A DNA stretch of 64,000 nt from the NCBI GenBank assembly GCA_963806185.1, contig CAWDXE010000001.1:416001-480000 (forward strand), in the 5' to 3' direction. The notes beneath the pieces were generated by a model. That model had not been told where the DNA came from. It worked only from the letters and a program-made list of their open reading frames with translations, and did no database searches. The position numbers and the translations under genes were made by a program. Within the stretch, counting starts at the first letter, position 1; the number at the start of each line of letters is the position of its first letter. Shown here in pieces: positions 9,727-19,512 of this stretch. The stretch comes from an uncultured candidate division Zixibacteria bacterium (GTDB lineage Bacteria; Zixibacteria; MSB-5A5; GN15; FEB-12).

Positions 9727-11086
9727 GCCCGTGATTTTGGCCATTGACGACGACTTGAACTTTCTGGCCGCCCTGCAGGTGGTGCTACAGGATCAATACG
9801 ACCTGATCCAGGCAACATCAGGTGAAATCGGCCTGCAATTACTCAAGAAGAACCGGGCAAACACTGTCCTGCTTGACGTCAACCTTCCGGGCTCAGACGG
9901 AATCGTCATACTTGGCTCAATTCGGGAGATGTTCCCCGGCCTTCCCGTTGTCATGGTAACCGCCGAAAAGCAACTGGCCGTGGCAGTTGATGCAATCAAG
10001 CGAGGCGCCTTCGATTATCTTGATAAGCCGGTCGATCGTGATCGCCTCCTGACCACCATTCGCAATGCACTGGCGGTCGAAGCCGGGGAGCGAGAACGCG
10101 CCGCCTTGATCGATATTGCCAAACGGCTGTATCCGATCATCGGAGACAGTCCTGCCATGCAGCACGTCCGCGAATTTGCAGCCAAGGTGGGCCCTTCGGA
10201 TCTCCCGGTCCTTATCACGGGCGAGACGGGTACCGGCAAAGACCTTGTAGCCAGACTGATACACTACTCCAGCCGGCGCGCAAGCTTGCCATTCATCAAA
10301 CTCAATATGGCCAGTGTTCCGGAGGACTTGCTCGAATCGGAACTGTTCGGCCATAGGCGGGGAGCCTTTACCGGCGCGGTCGCTGATCGAGAAGGTGTCT
10401 TCCGCGCGGCCGAAGGCGGCACACTTTTTCTCGACGAGATCGGACTTGCTTCCCGTCGCATGCAAGGCAAAATCCTCGAGGCGGTCGAGAACAGGGAATT
10501 TGCGCCGGTCGGCGCTAACCAGAAGATCAAAGTGAACATTCGCATCGTCACGGCCACCAATAAAGACCTCCGGGCCGAAATCCAGGCCGACCGCTTCCTT
10601 CTCGATTTGTACCACCGCATCGCCGCCCTCGCCATTGACATTCCGCCACTGCGAGAACGGCTGGAGGACATTATTCAGATCGCCGAACACTACCTCGCCC
10701 TGGGTTCCGCCGAATTGCAGGCCCCCCCACGGTCGTTCGCCCCGGAGACGAGACAGCTCCTCCTCGATCATTCGTGGCCGGGAAACGGCCGGGAATTGAA
10801 GGGAACGATTATGGCTGCCTTACTTTTCTCTGATGACCAGGTGATCGAGCCGGAGGATATCGCCATACATCTCCACCGCGCTCCAGGTAAGGCCTTGAAC
10901 GGCGACCACTCCCTGTATCACAACCTCCGCACTTGGGAGCGCGAGTTTATAAGCAGGGCACTCCTCGCGTGCGACTACGATATCCCTAAGACAGCCGCCT
11001 TGATTGGTGTCCACAGAGTCACGCTGTACAAGAAGCTGAGAACACTGAACCTCGAAATCCACAACTCCACCCAAGAGAAACTGTAA
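9719..11086 (+). CDS. NtrC-family sigma54-dependent response regulator
   Basis: GTG start overlaps the kinase end; REC (IDDD, LLDVNLP), GETGTGKD, GAFTGA, Fis HTH. Confidence 0.95.
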   Translation: MNKPVILAIDDDLNFLAALQVVLQDQYDLIQATSGEIGLQLLKKNRANTVLLDVNLPGSDGIVILGSIREMFPGLPVVMVTAEKQLAVAVDAIKRGAFDYLDKPVDRDRLLTTIRNALAVEAGERERAALIDIAKRLYPIIGDSPAMQHVREFAAKVGPSDLPVLITGETGTGKDLVARLIHYSSRRASLPFIKLNMASVPEDLLESELFGHRRGAFTGAVADREGVFRAAEGGTLFLDEIGLASRRMQGKILEAVENREFAPVGANQKIKVNIRIVTATNKDLRAEIQADRFLLDLYHRIAALAIDIPPLRERLEDIIQIAEHYLALGSAELQAPPRSFAPETRQLLLDHSWPGNGRELKGTIMAALLFSDDQVIEPEDIAIHLHRAPGKALNGDHSLYHNLRTWEREFISRALLACDYDIPKTAALIGVHRVTLYKKLRTLNLEIHNSTQEKL

Positions 11087-11531
11087 CCGATTGGCTACAA
11101 AACTCCCCGCGATGGTGCCGTTCGGCAACAGCAATTGTGGCTGTTTCACCACCTTGGCTCAAATCAACCTAATCAACTGCTTGCCAGTCAACGACAACAA
11201 AACCGTGATCCGACGCGCACACCATTTGCTTGTATGCTCGCTGACTTCAGACGTGAAGTGAAATTTGTCGTGCTCTCATTTGTCGCGAAAGCATGCTTGA
11301 CGTCGGGCGGAGATTATGAAACGCGATGGTCGCTGCGAAAATAGTTTCCTGACGATCACCGGCTACAAAAAGAAGCTCAGAGGTGGGATGTGATGTAGGG
11401 TTCCAGATTAGAATCGGCTCGGACGATCAAATCTCCTCCGAGTGTCGGCAACCGGTGGTGCTATGTGTGCTCAGCGCTACCGGTTGTATTTTTTTCTAGA
11501 TTTTCGAGCAGCAGGCGTCTCTCAGTCGATG

Positions 11532-12302
11532 TCAATGGAGGTGGATCAGGAGTGCCGCTCCGGCATTGCCGCCGCTGGTGACTGGAGAGATTCCCAGGTT
11601 GCGGGTCAATCGATTTCGGCCTACCACTTCATGGGCCACTATGTTCCCCAGAAGACAGCCCGCGACCACATCGCTGATGTAGTGTTTGTTCTCCTGAAGC
11701 CGCGACAACCCGACATATCCGGCCACCGCCTCGGCGGCGATTCCGGGTATCGTGCCGTAGCGATTGGCAATCACTCCGGCGGTCGTAAAGGCCATGGTTG
11801 AGTGGCCCGACGGAAACGAGTAGGGTGCGCCATCCGGTCGACGGCGGTTGGTTGCCACTTTCAGTCCGGTCGATAGGGCGCCTGAAATGACGAGTGCACT
11901 GAATAGATCGGATCCCAGTCCGGCCATCTCCTCACTATGCCCAATCTTGCCTATTGAATACAAAGAAATAGCCGCCCCGATGTGAACGATACCGTTTCCC
12001 AACACGTTCCCTGCCTCAAAAACGTGATCCACTGCAATACGATTCGTCCAGGAGCGATAAGGATGATTGGTCTCGTCGTCAAATACGGACGGGACAGCCC
12101 CGAACATGAACAATCCTCCCCAAAAGCGCGGCTGTTGCCCCAGAGCCGTGACATTGCCGGCAAGATCGGAAAACAGATTGGAGGAAATAGCCAAACGGCT
12201 GTCGGCGCTCCACGTCGACGTGGCCGACACCAGGATTGAAAACAACATCGTCGTACAAAAACGCACGGCAGCACTCCTTCGGGGTTTAGCCGACTCTTTC
12301 AA
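11532..12302 (-). CDS. Phosphatase PAP2 family protein
   Basis: KxxxxRxRP, SFPSGH and SRxxxxxHxxxD motifs; signal peptide. Confidence 0.9.
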   Translation of the reverse strand: MKESAKPRRSAAVRFCTTMLFSILVSATSTWSADSRLAISSNLFSDLAGNVTALGQQPRFWGGLFMFGAVPSVFDDETNHPYRSWTNRIAVDHVFEAGNVLGNGIVHIGAAISLYSIGKIGHSEEMAGLGSDLFSALVISGALSTGLKVATNRRRPDGAPYSFPSGHSTMAFTTAGVIANRYGTIPGIAAEAVAGYVGLSRLQENKHYISDVVAGCLLGNIVAHEVVGRNRLTRNLGISPVTSGGNAGAALLIHLH

Positions 12303-12463
12303 TCCTTTGGCAAATCGGCAATTGTCTCAGGCACCGCCACCCGGGCGGGCACCAGTCTTATAATGCCGGTCATCCCCGAAAGTTTCTGGAATAGTATCCT
12401 GATATGGTGATTGTAGCTCCAGACAGTCTCCGTCTGGCATCGATGATTTAGTCGGAATCTCCA

Positions 12464-14143
12464 CTACGGCTTGCGTTCCAGCAGTCGCCAGGTGTCGGAA
12501 TGTTCGATTTCCTGGAAGTGTATTTCGAAGTATGGCCCGTACACCTCAAGCATCCGTTCCACTGTTCCCCCGCAACAACCTCCATCATCCTGGTGCAGGA
12601 GCGGAATCATCACGAGATTGACATTGGCGAAAATGGTATCCGGAGCCGGCAGCCCGTTCGCGCTGACCGAGAAATTGATATCCCACCAAAGGGGGACTCC
12701 CTTCGGAGGCACCAGTTGCAGGGCAAACGAAAACGGGTCGGTGAGAGCGACGACGAACAGCTTTGACTCAGATGTCACGTGGCGGCGCAGGAGCGCGATG
12801 CCGTCATTGATGCGCGCCGGGACATCCTTCGCCCGCCAATAGGCAGTCTGCCATTCGCTGGTATGGGGGATGACGAAGTCACGTAACGGTTCGGCACCAA
12901 AGCGCTGGCTGGCCGGAGCCCCGTGATCGCGGTATGATTTCCACTTCGTGGCCAGATACACGCTCCGGCTGTCCTTTGCCATCATCGGCAGGGCAAAGAC
13001 CGGAATGGCAATCAGCAGCACCAGTATGTAGGAGAGTTCCGACGCCGACAGGGGGCCGGTATGCTCTTGCTCAAGCCTCCGCGAGACGAATTCAATCAGA
13101 ATTACACACGCTGCGAAGAGCAGGGGAAGATCGGCTCCTTCTACGGCGTTGCCGGCCGCGATAAAGAACGTTGCTCCGAGCATAAACGCAATCGCTACGG
13201 TTGTTCTCACCTTCTCGGACATCCAACGGGCCCGGCGCGTGTCACGCACAGGTGTGATCATCGTCACGAGCCACAAGAGCAAGAGTGCGTAGATCGAGTG
13301 CAGGTTTGCTGAGAGACTGTTCTTCAGATACTGAATGCGGTGCCCCAATGACTGCGCTTCGGCCGCTGTCCGCAAATCGGCGATATAGTCGAACGAACTG
13401 ATATTGAAGAGGAGCTTCACGCCGAGACAAAACAGGACAAACGTCCCTGCCGCATAGAGAAAAACACGCCACCTGTCAGGATACATGACGACACCCAACG
13501 CGCACGCCCCCACCCCAACGACGAAATAGCTGATTTTGCAGAAGAATAGGAGAGCCAGCAGACCGCCGATCGATATTCCCTCAAGCAGCAGTGTTCGCCT
13601 GCCGGTCGTGCGCGGCTCGATGAACAACTGGATCACCAGCACCGACAACAATACCCAGCTATAGCGGTTGTAAATCATCGCATAAGTTGTCACACCCGGA
13701 TCATATCCCAGGGGCCGGGCGGCGACAATCAACATGCAGACAAAGACGGTGAGAATACACGACATCATACCGGACAATCGGCTGTACGCCACCCACCACG
13801 TCCACGGTACGATGACCGCGAGAAACAAGAGATTCCCGCAAGCGATAGCCATGGTCGACGGGCCGCAGAGTCTCATGCCGATCGAAATGAGGACGTACGT
13901 CAATGATCCAATCGGGTTGTAGAAATCGGTGTGGGGTATGAGCCCGCTGTGCACCGCCCATCCTCCCTCCAATAAGGTAAAGACATCCCACGGGGCCATG
14001 ATGTGGATCGCACCGTTCCTGAGCGTGAGAATCGCCAGCAGAAGCACCGGCACGGTCGTCAACGTTAGCCAGAGTACCGGTGAGGCTTCAAAGGGTTCTA
14101 TGGCGCGATTCGTTAAGCGTCGTATCAATTTCACATAGCCCAT
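12464..14143 (-). CDS. Polytopic membrane protein, possibly GT-C-fold glycosyltransferase-like
   Basis: Many TM helices; first loop WD..EGGW...G..PH.DFY.P.G; soluble C-terminal domain. Confidence 0.55.
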   Translation of the reverse strand: MGYVKLIRRLTNRAIEPFEASPVLWLTLTTVPVLLLAILTLRNGAIHIMAPWDVFTLLEGGWAVHSGLIPHTDFYNPIGSLTYVLISIGMRLCGPSTMAIACGNLLFLAVIVPWTWWVAYSRLSGMMSCILTVFVCMLIVAARPLGYDPGVTTYAMIYNRYSWVLLSVLVIQLFIEPRTTGRRTLLLEGISIGGLLALLFFCKISYFVVGVGACALGVVMYPDRWRVFLYAAGTFVLFCLGVKLLFNISSFDYIADLRTAAEAQSLGHRIQYLKNSLSANLHSIYALLLLWLVTMITPVRDTRRARWMSEKVRTTVAIAFMLGATFFIAAGNAVEGADLPLLFAACVILIEFVSRRLEQEHTGPLSASELSYILVLLIAIPVFALPMMAKDSRSVYLATKWKSYRDHGAPASQRFGAEPLRDFVIPHTSEWQTAYWRAKDVPARINDGIALLRRHVTSESKLFVVALTDPFSFALQLVPPKGVPLWWDINFSVSANGLPAPDTIFANVNLVMIPLLHQDDGGCCGGTVERMLEVYGPYFEIHFQEIEHSDTWRLLERKP

Positions 14144-14287
14144 GAGGTCGCCTGTTGGTGTCGATTTTCCAAGAAGTGATAACTTCGGTCCAAGATAGTC
14201 ACAAACCGGCCCTTTGCCAAGTGCAGTATGGTACCAGGCGGTTTGGCCGGGCCATCCCGGCAGGGAGACGTCGTGCGGGCACTTGAT

Positions 14288-14322
14288 ACAAAAACGGCCC
14301 GGCAGGATTGCCTGCCGGGCCG
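14288..14322 (-). terminator. Rho-independent terminator
   Basis: CGGCCCGGCAGG/CCTGCCGGGCCG stem followed by a T-run on the minus strand. Confidence 0.75.
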
Positions 14323-14352
14323 ACTGTCATGGTCCAAATCGCCGACCGCCCG

Positions 14353-15675
14353 TCATAGACAGGGAGGCAAATCCATGTAGGTGAGGAATAGATGGAAGAT
14401 CAGTGCGGTAAGATCACCAATGTCCACCCCGCCAATGCCGTCACAGTTTGCTTCTCCCTCGCAACACAAGGGTTGAAAGGTGATAAACAGATTGTCAATG
14501 ATGGCAGTTAGATCACCGATGTCCACACCCGCGTAACAGTCAGCGTTACCCGTCATTCCCTCGCAACACGGGAGCAGATTGAACAGGACCGAGACACTGT
14601 TGCCATTCTGGTTGGCCGCCGCCATGTCCGGCATAATATCGTTGTTCAACCTGGCACAATAGACGGACATCGTCCCGCTGCCGGCGGCAAAATCCTCCTT
14701 GGCGGCAAAGGTCGCATTACCGTTGTTTTTGAACACCGACACACTGCTGCCGGTATAATTGGCCACGGCGATATCGATGTCTCCATCGATATCCAGGTCG
14801 GCGCAAAATACCGACGTCGGTGCGTTTCCGGTGGCATAATCCGTGCGCGCAGCGAACGATCCGTCACCGTTATTCTTGAATATCCCCAGCGTGCTCACTC
14901 CATAATTGGCCACCGCCAGATCAATATCGGTATCACCGTCAAAATCGGCGCCGTGGACTCCTCGCACGCCCGTGCCGCAGACATAGTCCACCTTCGCGGC
15001 GAACGTGCCATCTCCATTATTCTTGAGAATCGAGAGCGACGGACTGGAGCCGCTGCAGGCTATCGCCAGGTCGATATCGGTATCGCCGTCAAGGTTGGCG
15101 CAGTACACCACCCGTGGCGCACCGGCGGTTGCGTAATCGGACTTGGCCGCAAACGTCCCGTCACCGTTGTTCTTGAGGATAGATACAGTCGACGCCGAGT
15201 AGTTGGTTACTACAATGTCGATATCGGCATCGCCGTCAACATTGGCACAGACTACCGACCGAGCCCCGCCGCCACCGCCATAGTCGACCTTCGCGACAAA
15301 GGTCCCGTCGCCGTTGTTCTTAAAGACTGATACCGTGTTGCTGGTCAGGTTGGCTGCCACAATATCCATATCGGTATCGCCGTCGACATCGGCACAGTAG
15401 ACCGAGGTCGGCAAGGTACCGGCAGGGTAATCGACCTTGGCGGCAAATAAACCGGTACCGCCGTTCTTGAATACCGAGATACTGACACCGGTATAATTGG
15501 CCGCCACCAGATCTCGATCGCCATCACCGTCGAGGTCGGCCGCAAAGACCGAATACGCACCGCTGCCGGTGGCATAATCTGTTTTCCCGCCGAATGACTG
15601 AGCCAATAATTGGCCGCTGCTTGTGAGTAGAGTGAGTAATGCAATAACCGGCAGTACTCTGATTCCTGTGGACAT
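14353..15675 (-). CDS. Secreted FG-GAP/VCBS beta-propeller protein with dockerin-like tail
   Basis: Seven ~48-aa ADxDGDxDxDxxxAN repeats; signal peptide; CC..GN.DC..VDIGDLT tail. Confidence 0.92.
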   Translation of the reverse strand: MSTGIRVLPVIALLTLLTSSGQLLAQSFGGKTDYATGSGAYSVFAADLDGDGDRDLVAANYTGVSISVFKNGGTGLFAAKVDYPAGTLPTSVYCADVDGDTDMDIVAANLTSNTVSVFKNNGDGTFVAKVDYGGGGGARSVVCANVDGDADIDIVVTNYSASTVSILKNNGDGTFAAKSDYATAGAPRVVYCANLDGDTDIDLAIACSGSSPSLSILKNNGDGTFAAKVDYVCGTGVRGVHGADFDGDTDIDLAVANYGVSTLGIFKNNGDGSFAARTDYATGNAPTSVFCADLDIDGDIDIAVANYTGSSVSVFKNNGNATFAAKEDFAAGSGTMSVYCARLNNDIMPDMAAANQNGNSVSVLFNLLPCCEGMTGNADCYAGVDIGDLTAIIDNLFITFQPLCCEGEANCDGIGGVDIGDLTALIFHLFLTYMDLPPCL

Positions 15676-16013
15676 CTATGACCCCCGGACTAAAGGTAGT
15701 AGATCTCACATCGATATGAGTAAGTATGCTCGATGAGCTCGGACGAAACGAGACCTGACCGACGGCATCACGCCGCGTGAGACAGCTTCCCTGCAGGACA
15801 TCCTGGATCTGTCCCGAACCCGATCTCAGTCGTACCATAAATATAGGCAGCGCGGGCCATTTTGTCAATGAGATCAATCCGGCTGGCGACGGGACAAACT
15901 CGTGTCCAGCAGTTGGGTATGCGGCCTGATCCGCTTTGGTGATCAATCCAAAACCTTGACTTTACCCGCTGGGTAGCTACCATTGCCTGCATAACGACAA
16001 GGGGAACCGGGTC

Positions 16014-16883
16014 ATGGCAATTGATAAGGATGAAAAGCACATTGTACTCGTGTCCGACGGTACCGGCGGCACCGCCCAGCGCCTGACAGATGCGGCCCTG
16101 GCGCAATACGACGGCTCAGGCGTACAGTACAAAGTGAGTCACGTTTATGCACAGGTCCGTACGCGGCTGCAGGCGGACAACATACTCAAGCATCTCGATA
16201 GCTCCTGCATGGTCATCTTTACGATCGTTGAGGAGGGCGTGCAGGCATACTTTCATCAGCAGCTCGAGGCACGGGGAATTCTGCACTACAACGTCATGGC
16301 CTGGGTGCTCCGCAAATTCACCCAGTTCCTCGGGGTCGACCCGCACTACCGGCCGGGGATGGCGTTGAAGATGGACGATGCGTATATGCACTGGGTCCAG
16401 GGAATTGATTTCACTCGCGAACACGACGACGGTTGCGGTAACCGCCTGAGTCAGGCAGAACTGGTCCTGGTTGGACCTTCACGGTGCGGCAAGACTCCGC
16501 TTTCCATGTACATCGGAAGCCTTTACGGCGTATGGGTGGCCAATATTCCCATAATCCCGGATAAGCAGTCGACCCGCAACTTGTTGGAGCGGCTCGAGCC
16601 GGTCGATCCGAAGAGAATCGTGGCGCTCGACATTCTGCCGGAAGAATTGCACTGGCATCGCACCGAGCGCGCCGAACGGCTTGGCCGCAAGGCGGGACCG
16701 ACCGCGCTCACCGAGTACAGCGACCCTGCCTCAATTCGGCAGGAGGTCTTTTACTGTCGGCGCCTGTATGAGCAGCAGAAATGGCATGTCGTCGACACTA
16801 CGCGTCGCGTGGCTGAGGAAATCGCCGAGCAGATTCTCACCACCATAGGACATCCCGATACTCTGTCCTTCCACCGAACTTGA
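16014..16883 (+). CDS. ppsR: PEP synthase / pyruvate-phosphate dikinase regulatory kinase-pyrophosphorylase (DUF299)
   Basis: VSDGTGGTA, IDFTREHDDG, LVGPSRCGKTPLSMY motifs. Confidence 0.9.
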   Translation: MAIDKDEKHIVLVSDGTGGTAQRLTDAALAQYDGSGVQYKVSHVYAQVRTRLQADNILKHLDSSCMVIFTIVEEGVQAYFHQQLEARGILHYNVMAWVLRKFTQFLGVDPHYRPGMALKMDDAYMHWVQGIDFTREHDDGCGNRLSQAELVLVGPSRCGKTPLSMYIGSLYGVWVANIPIIPDKQSTRNLLERLEPVDPKRIVALDILPEELHWHRTERAERLGRKAGPTALTEYSDPASIRQEVFYCRRLYEQQKWHVVDTTRRVAEEIAEQILTTIGHPDTLSFHRT

Positions 16884-16906
16884 GTAATTCGGTCGACCCG
16901 CTGGGG

Positions 16907-16946
16907 GAAAAAAGAACGACCCGGCCAGTCACCCGGCCGGGTCGTC
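16907..16946 (-). terminator. Rho-independent terminator
   Basis: GACGACCCGGCC/GGCCGGGTCGT stem and T-run on the minus strand. Confidence 0.7.
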
Positions 16947-16966
16947 TGTACACTCCGATCCATCTA

Positions 16967-19087
16967 CTATGGACAGGACGGGAGCGGAGTGAAGCTCAAA
17001 AAGAGATTGTCAATCAGCGCCGTCAAATCCCCTATATCGACCCCACCGATACCATCACAATTCGCTTCCGCCACACAACAGAGCGGCGTAAACGATACGA
17101 AAAGATTGTCAATCAGCGTGGTCAAGTCGCCGATATCGACGCTATTCGCAGGATCGCAGTCGACATTGCCGGTCGTGCCGACACAGCAACCGCCCGTCCC
17201 TCCCGTAATGACGAACGAAAGGTCAAGTGACGTAGTAAACACCGGCGGCTCGTGTAAGTCAATCCACGGGTTCAACAGGACAATTGGTCCCCCTTGCCGA
17301 ATTCGGGCCGTCCCGGTTGTGGATCCCGATCTTCCCGCGAACGGACCCGTCGACGCTCCCACAAAATCGATGCGATAGGTGATATCAAAGAAGCTCTGAA
17401 CATTCCACTGGGCACCCGCTTGGGTGAGGGTCGTGTTCCCCGGGCTGGGCATGCCAAATCCGGTTCCTGCGGTAATGCGCAACAAATCAAAATCAGGATC
17501 ACCGGTAATCTGTCCCTGCGTGAAGATTAAGTCGGTCGCAAACGACTGCGGCGACGTGAACGGTGCACGCGGCGCCGTGTGGATCATGTTATTGGGTAGT
17601 AACATGTTTACCGTGCGCGTGTAACCAAAGTAGGCTCCTGTACCATTCATCTTGAGCTGCAATTGCGCAAAGAATTGAGATTGCGTGCCCCCCAATCCCC
17701 CGCCCGGCGTTTCCACTACGCCGCCGATCGAGTGAATCTCCGACGTAAATTCGACCGTACTTAGCGGTGGTAACCCGTCGATCATGTACATCAAGTCATT
17801 GTTGTCAAACGGACAGATAGCCGGTTGTGTGGCTGTCCCAAAACCGTTGTCGGGAGCAACGCAGGTCCCGGCAGGTGGCAATGGCCGGTAGACGCCGTCA
17901 TCATTGTAGTGGTCAAGCGTCGATTTCCATCCCCACCGACGCCCGGCCGTCGTGTCGGCCAGTTCCGCTGAGATGCTCAGCCAATAGACAGTGCCAACCG
18001 TCTGCGAAAACCACTTCACCGGCTCCAAAAGAACATCATACTGCCAGTATTCGTTGTGATCAGACATGAGGTAACCCGGTGCGAACGGATCATACCACCC
18101 TTCAAACACGCCGGGCGTGAGCGGAGTCATCACATACTCCTCGACCGTGTCGGCCCAGAGCAGGGTTCCCGGATGGCTGTACGGCAAATCGACGCCGGCC
18201 GGCACATCTGAGTAGATCTCAAGATAGAACCGCTTGATCGGCTCGCGTTGTCCGTTGAGAAACGATCCCCAGAAGTGCAGATCTTTGACCGGTCCGGTCT
18301 CCGAGCTGGTCCAGTCGTCGGCCAGCCGATGGGGCCACGTCGCGAGCACGTCCCACCCTTTCTCATCCGGGTGTTGCGGGAAATGCATCTTGTGAGCATC
18401 GCCCGGTCTCCATCGAGGACATCCCTGGTACAGTCTGATTTGATCGGTCGTCGAACCGGACATGCCGGCCAATGATCCGGCCGGCGCACCGATGAAATCG
18501 ATGCGGTAGGTGATGTCGAAGAAGCTCTCGACGGAATAGTCAAATCCGGATTGGGAGAATGTCGTATGGCCTGGGCTGGGCATACCGAAATCATCACCGG
18601 CGGTAATCCGCAGCAAGTCAAAATCAGGGTCACCCACAATTTGTCCTTGATGTTGTGCGAGGTAACCGTCAAACGGCTGAACTATCGCCAGCGGTGTTCG
18701 GGCTGCATTCTCAAACTTGAGCGTCACCGGAATCATGACAAATCGCGAGAAACCCGCGAGCACACCGGTACCGGTCATTTGCATAGCCAGCGTCGCGTTT
18801 GCGTTGACTGTCTCTCCCCCCATCGGGCCACCCGGAACGCTTATAACGCCGGTGAAGTTGCTCAGAGCTGCCTGGACCTCTATGGTGGTTCCGGCCGGCA
18901 GACCATCCACGATATGCATGGTGTTCCCACAGCACGGTTCATAAGGGCACAGTGCCGGGAAATCCGCTGTTCCCCCGCCATTCTCCGGTGCCGTGCATCC
19001 CGAACAGGGTACTGATGGCTGGCCCATCCCCCGCGTCGCCAATAACAAGATTACCCCCACTCCCGCCGCCCATCGCATCACTCTCAT
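16967..19087 (-). CDS. Secreted protein with a duplicated beta-rich domain, a central unknown domain and a dockerin-like tail
   Basis: AGGAGG RBS before MRVMRW; two copies of C.AP.NG.GTA..PA.CP...GDPDFDLLRITAG..FGMPSPG.T..SFFDITYRIDF; central KMHFPQHPD..LADDW..LHFWGS domain. Confidence 0.85.
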   Translation of the reverse strand: MRVMRWAAGVGVILLLATRGMGQPSVPCSGCTAPENGGGTADFPALCPYEPCCGNTMHIVDGLPAGTTIEVQAALSNFTGVISVPGGPMGGETVNANATLAMQMTGTGVLAGFSRFVMIPVTLKFENAARTPLAIVQPFDGYLAQHQGQIVGDPDFDLLRITAGDDFGMPSPGHTTFSQSGFDYSVESFFDITYRIDFIGAPAGSLAGMSGSTTDQIRLYQGCPRWRPGDAHKMHFPQHPDEKGWDVLATWPHRLADDWTSSETGPVKDLHFWGSFLNGQREPIKRFYLEIYSDVPAGVDLPYSHPGTLLWADTVEEYVMTPLTPGVFEGWYDPFAPGYLMSDHNEYWQYDVLLEPVKWFSQTVGTVYWLSISAELADTTAGRRWGWKSTLDHYNDDGVYRPLPPAGTCVAPDNGFGTATQPAICPFDNNDLMYMIDGLPPLSTVEFTSEIHSIGGVVETPGGGLGGTQSQFFAQLQLKMNGTGAYFGYTRTVNMLLPNNMIHTAPRAPFTSPQSFATDLIFTQGQITGDPDFDLLRITAGTGFGMPSPGNTTLTQAGAQWNVQSFFDITYRIDFVGASTGPFAGRSGSTTGTARIRQGGPIVLLNPWIDLHEPPVFTTSLDLSFVITGGTGGCCVGTTGNVDCDPANSVDIGDLTTLIDNLFVSFTPLCCVAEANCDGIGGVDIGDLTALIDNLFLSFTPLPSCP

Positions 19088-19458
19088 ACTGCCTCCTGAC
19101 ATTGTTTGGCCCTCAAACGATTGCGCGCGCCGACCTAAGGCCGGAAACCAATGGAAACAGGCCGCCACGTTGAGACGTGGCGTCAGTCCATTTGCGATAT
19201 ATGATCAACACCTATTTCGAATTTAGAAGGAGGGCGAAGAAAATCCGCCGGTGATACAGTTACAATGTAAGCGAAAGCCTGCGCACGTCAAGGATAAAAT
19301 GGACCCGAATACATTGCGATGCCGCACGGCAACCGCATCCGATTGAGCGGCTTGGAGTAAACGTCCATAAACATTCGCAAAATTGAGCAGCCCCCCGGCG
19401 AGTTAGCTTCGTTGCACTTACGCCCCTGGAACGAGGGCTTGAGAGAACGCCGGCAATA

Positions 19459-19484
19459 GAAAAGGCCGCACCGAAGTGCGGCCT
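19459..19484 (-). terminator. Rho-independent terminator of the cytochrome gene
   Basis: AGGCCGCAC-TTCG-GTGCGGCCT-TTT on the minus strand. Confidence 0.8.
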
Positions 19485-19512
19485 CTGTGTCAGATTCAAT
19501 TGCGCGGCCCAA

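Noticed and set aside
14560..15600. ~144-bp periodic repeats suggesting a CRISPR or tandem array
   Set aside because: They are degenerate coding FG-GAP repeats, with no constant repeat-spacer structure and no cas genes.
15729..15760. Hammerhead-like CGATGAG...CGAAAC
   Set aside because: The core is CTCGATGA rather than CTGATGA, and stems II and III do not form.
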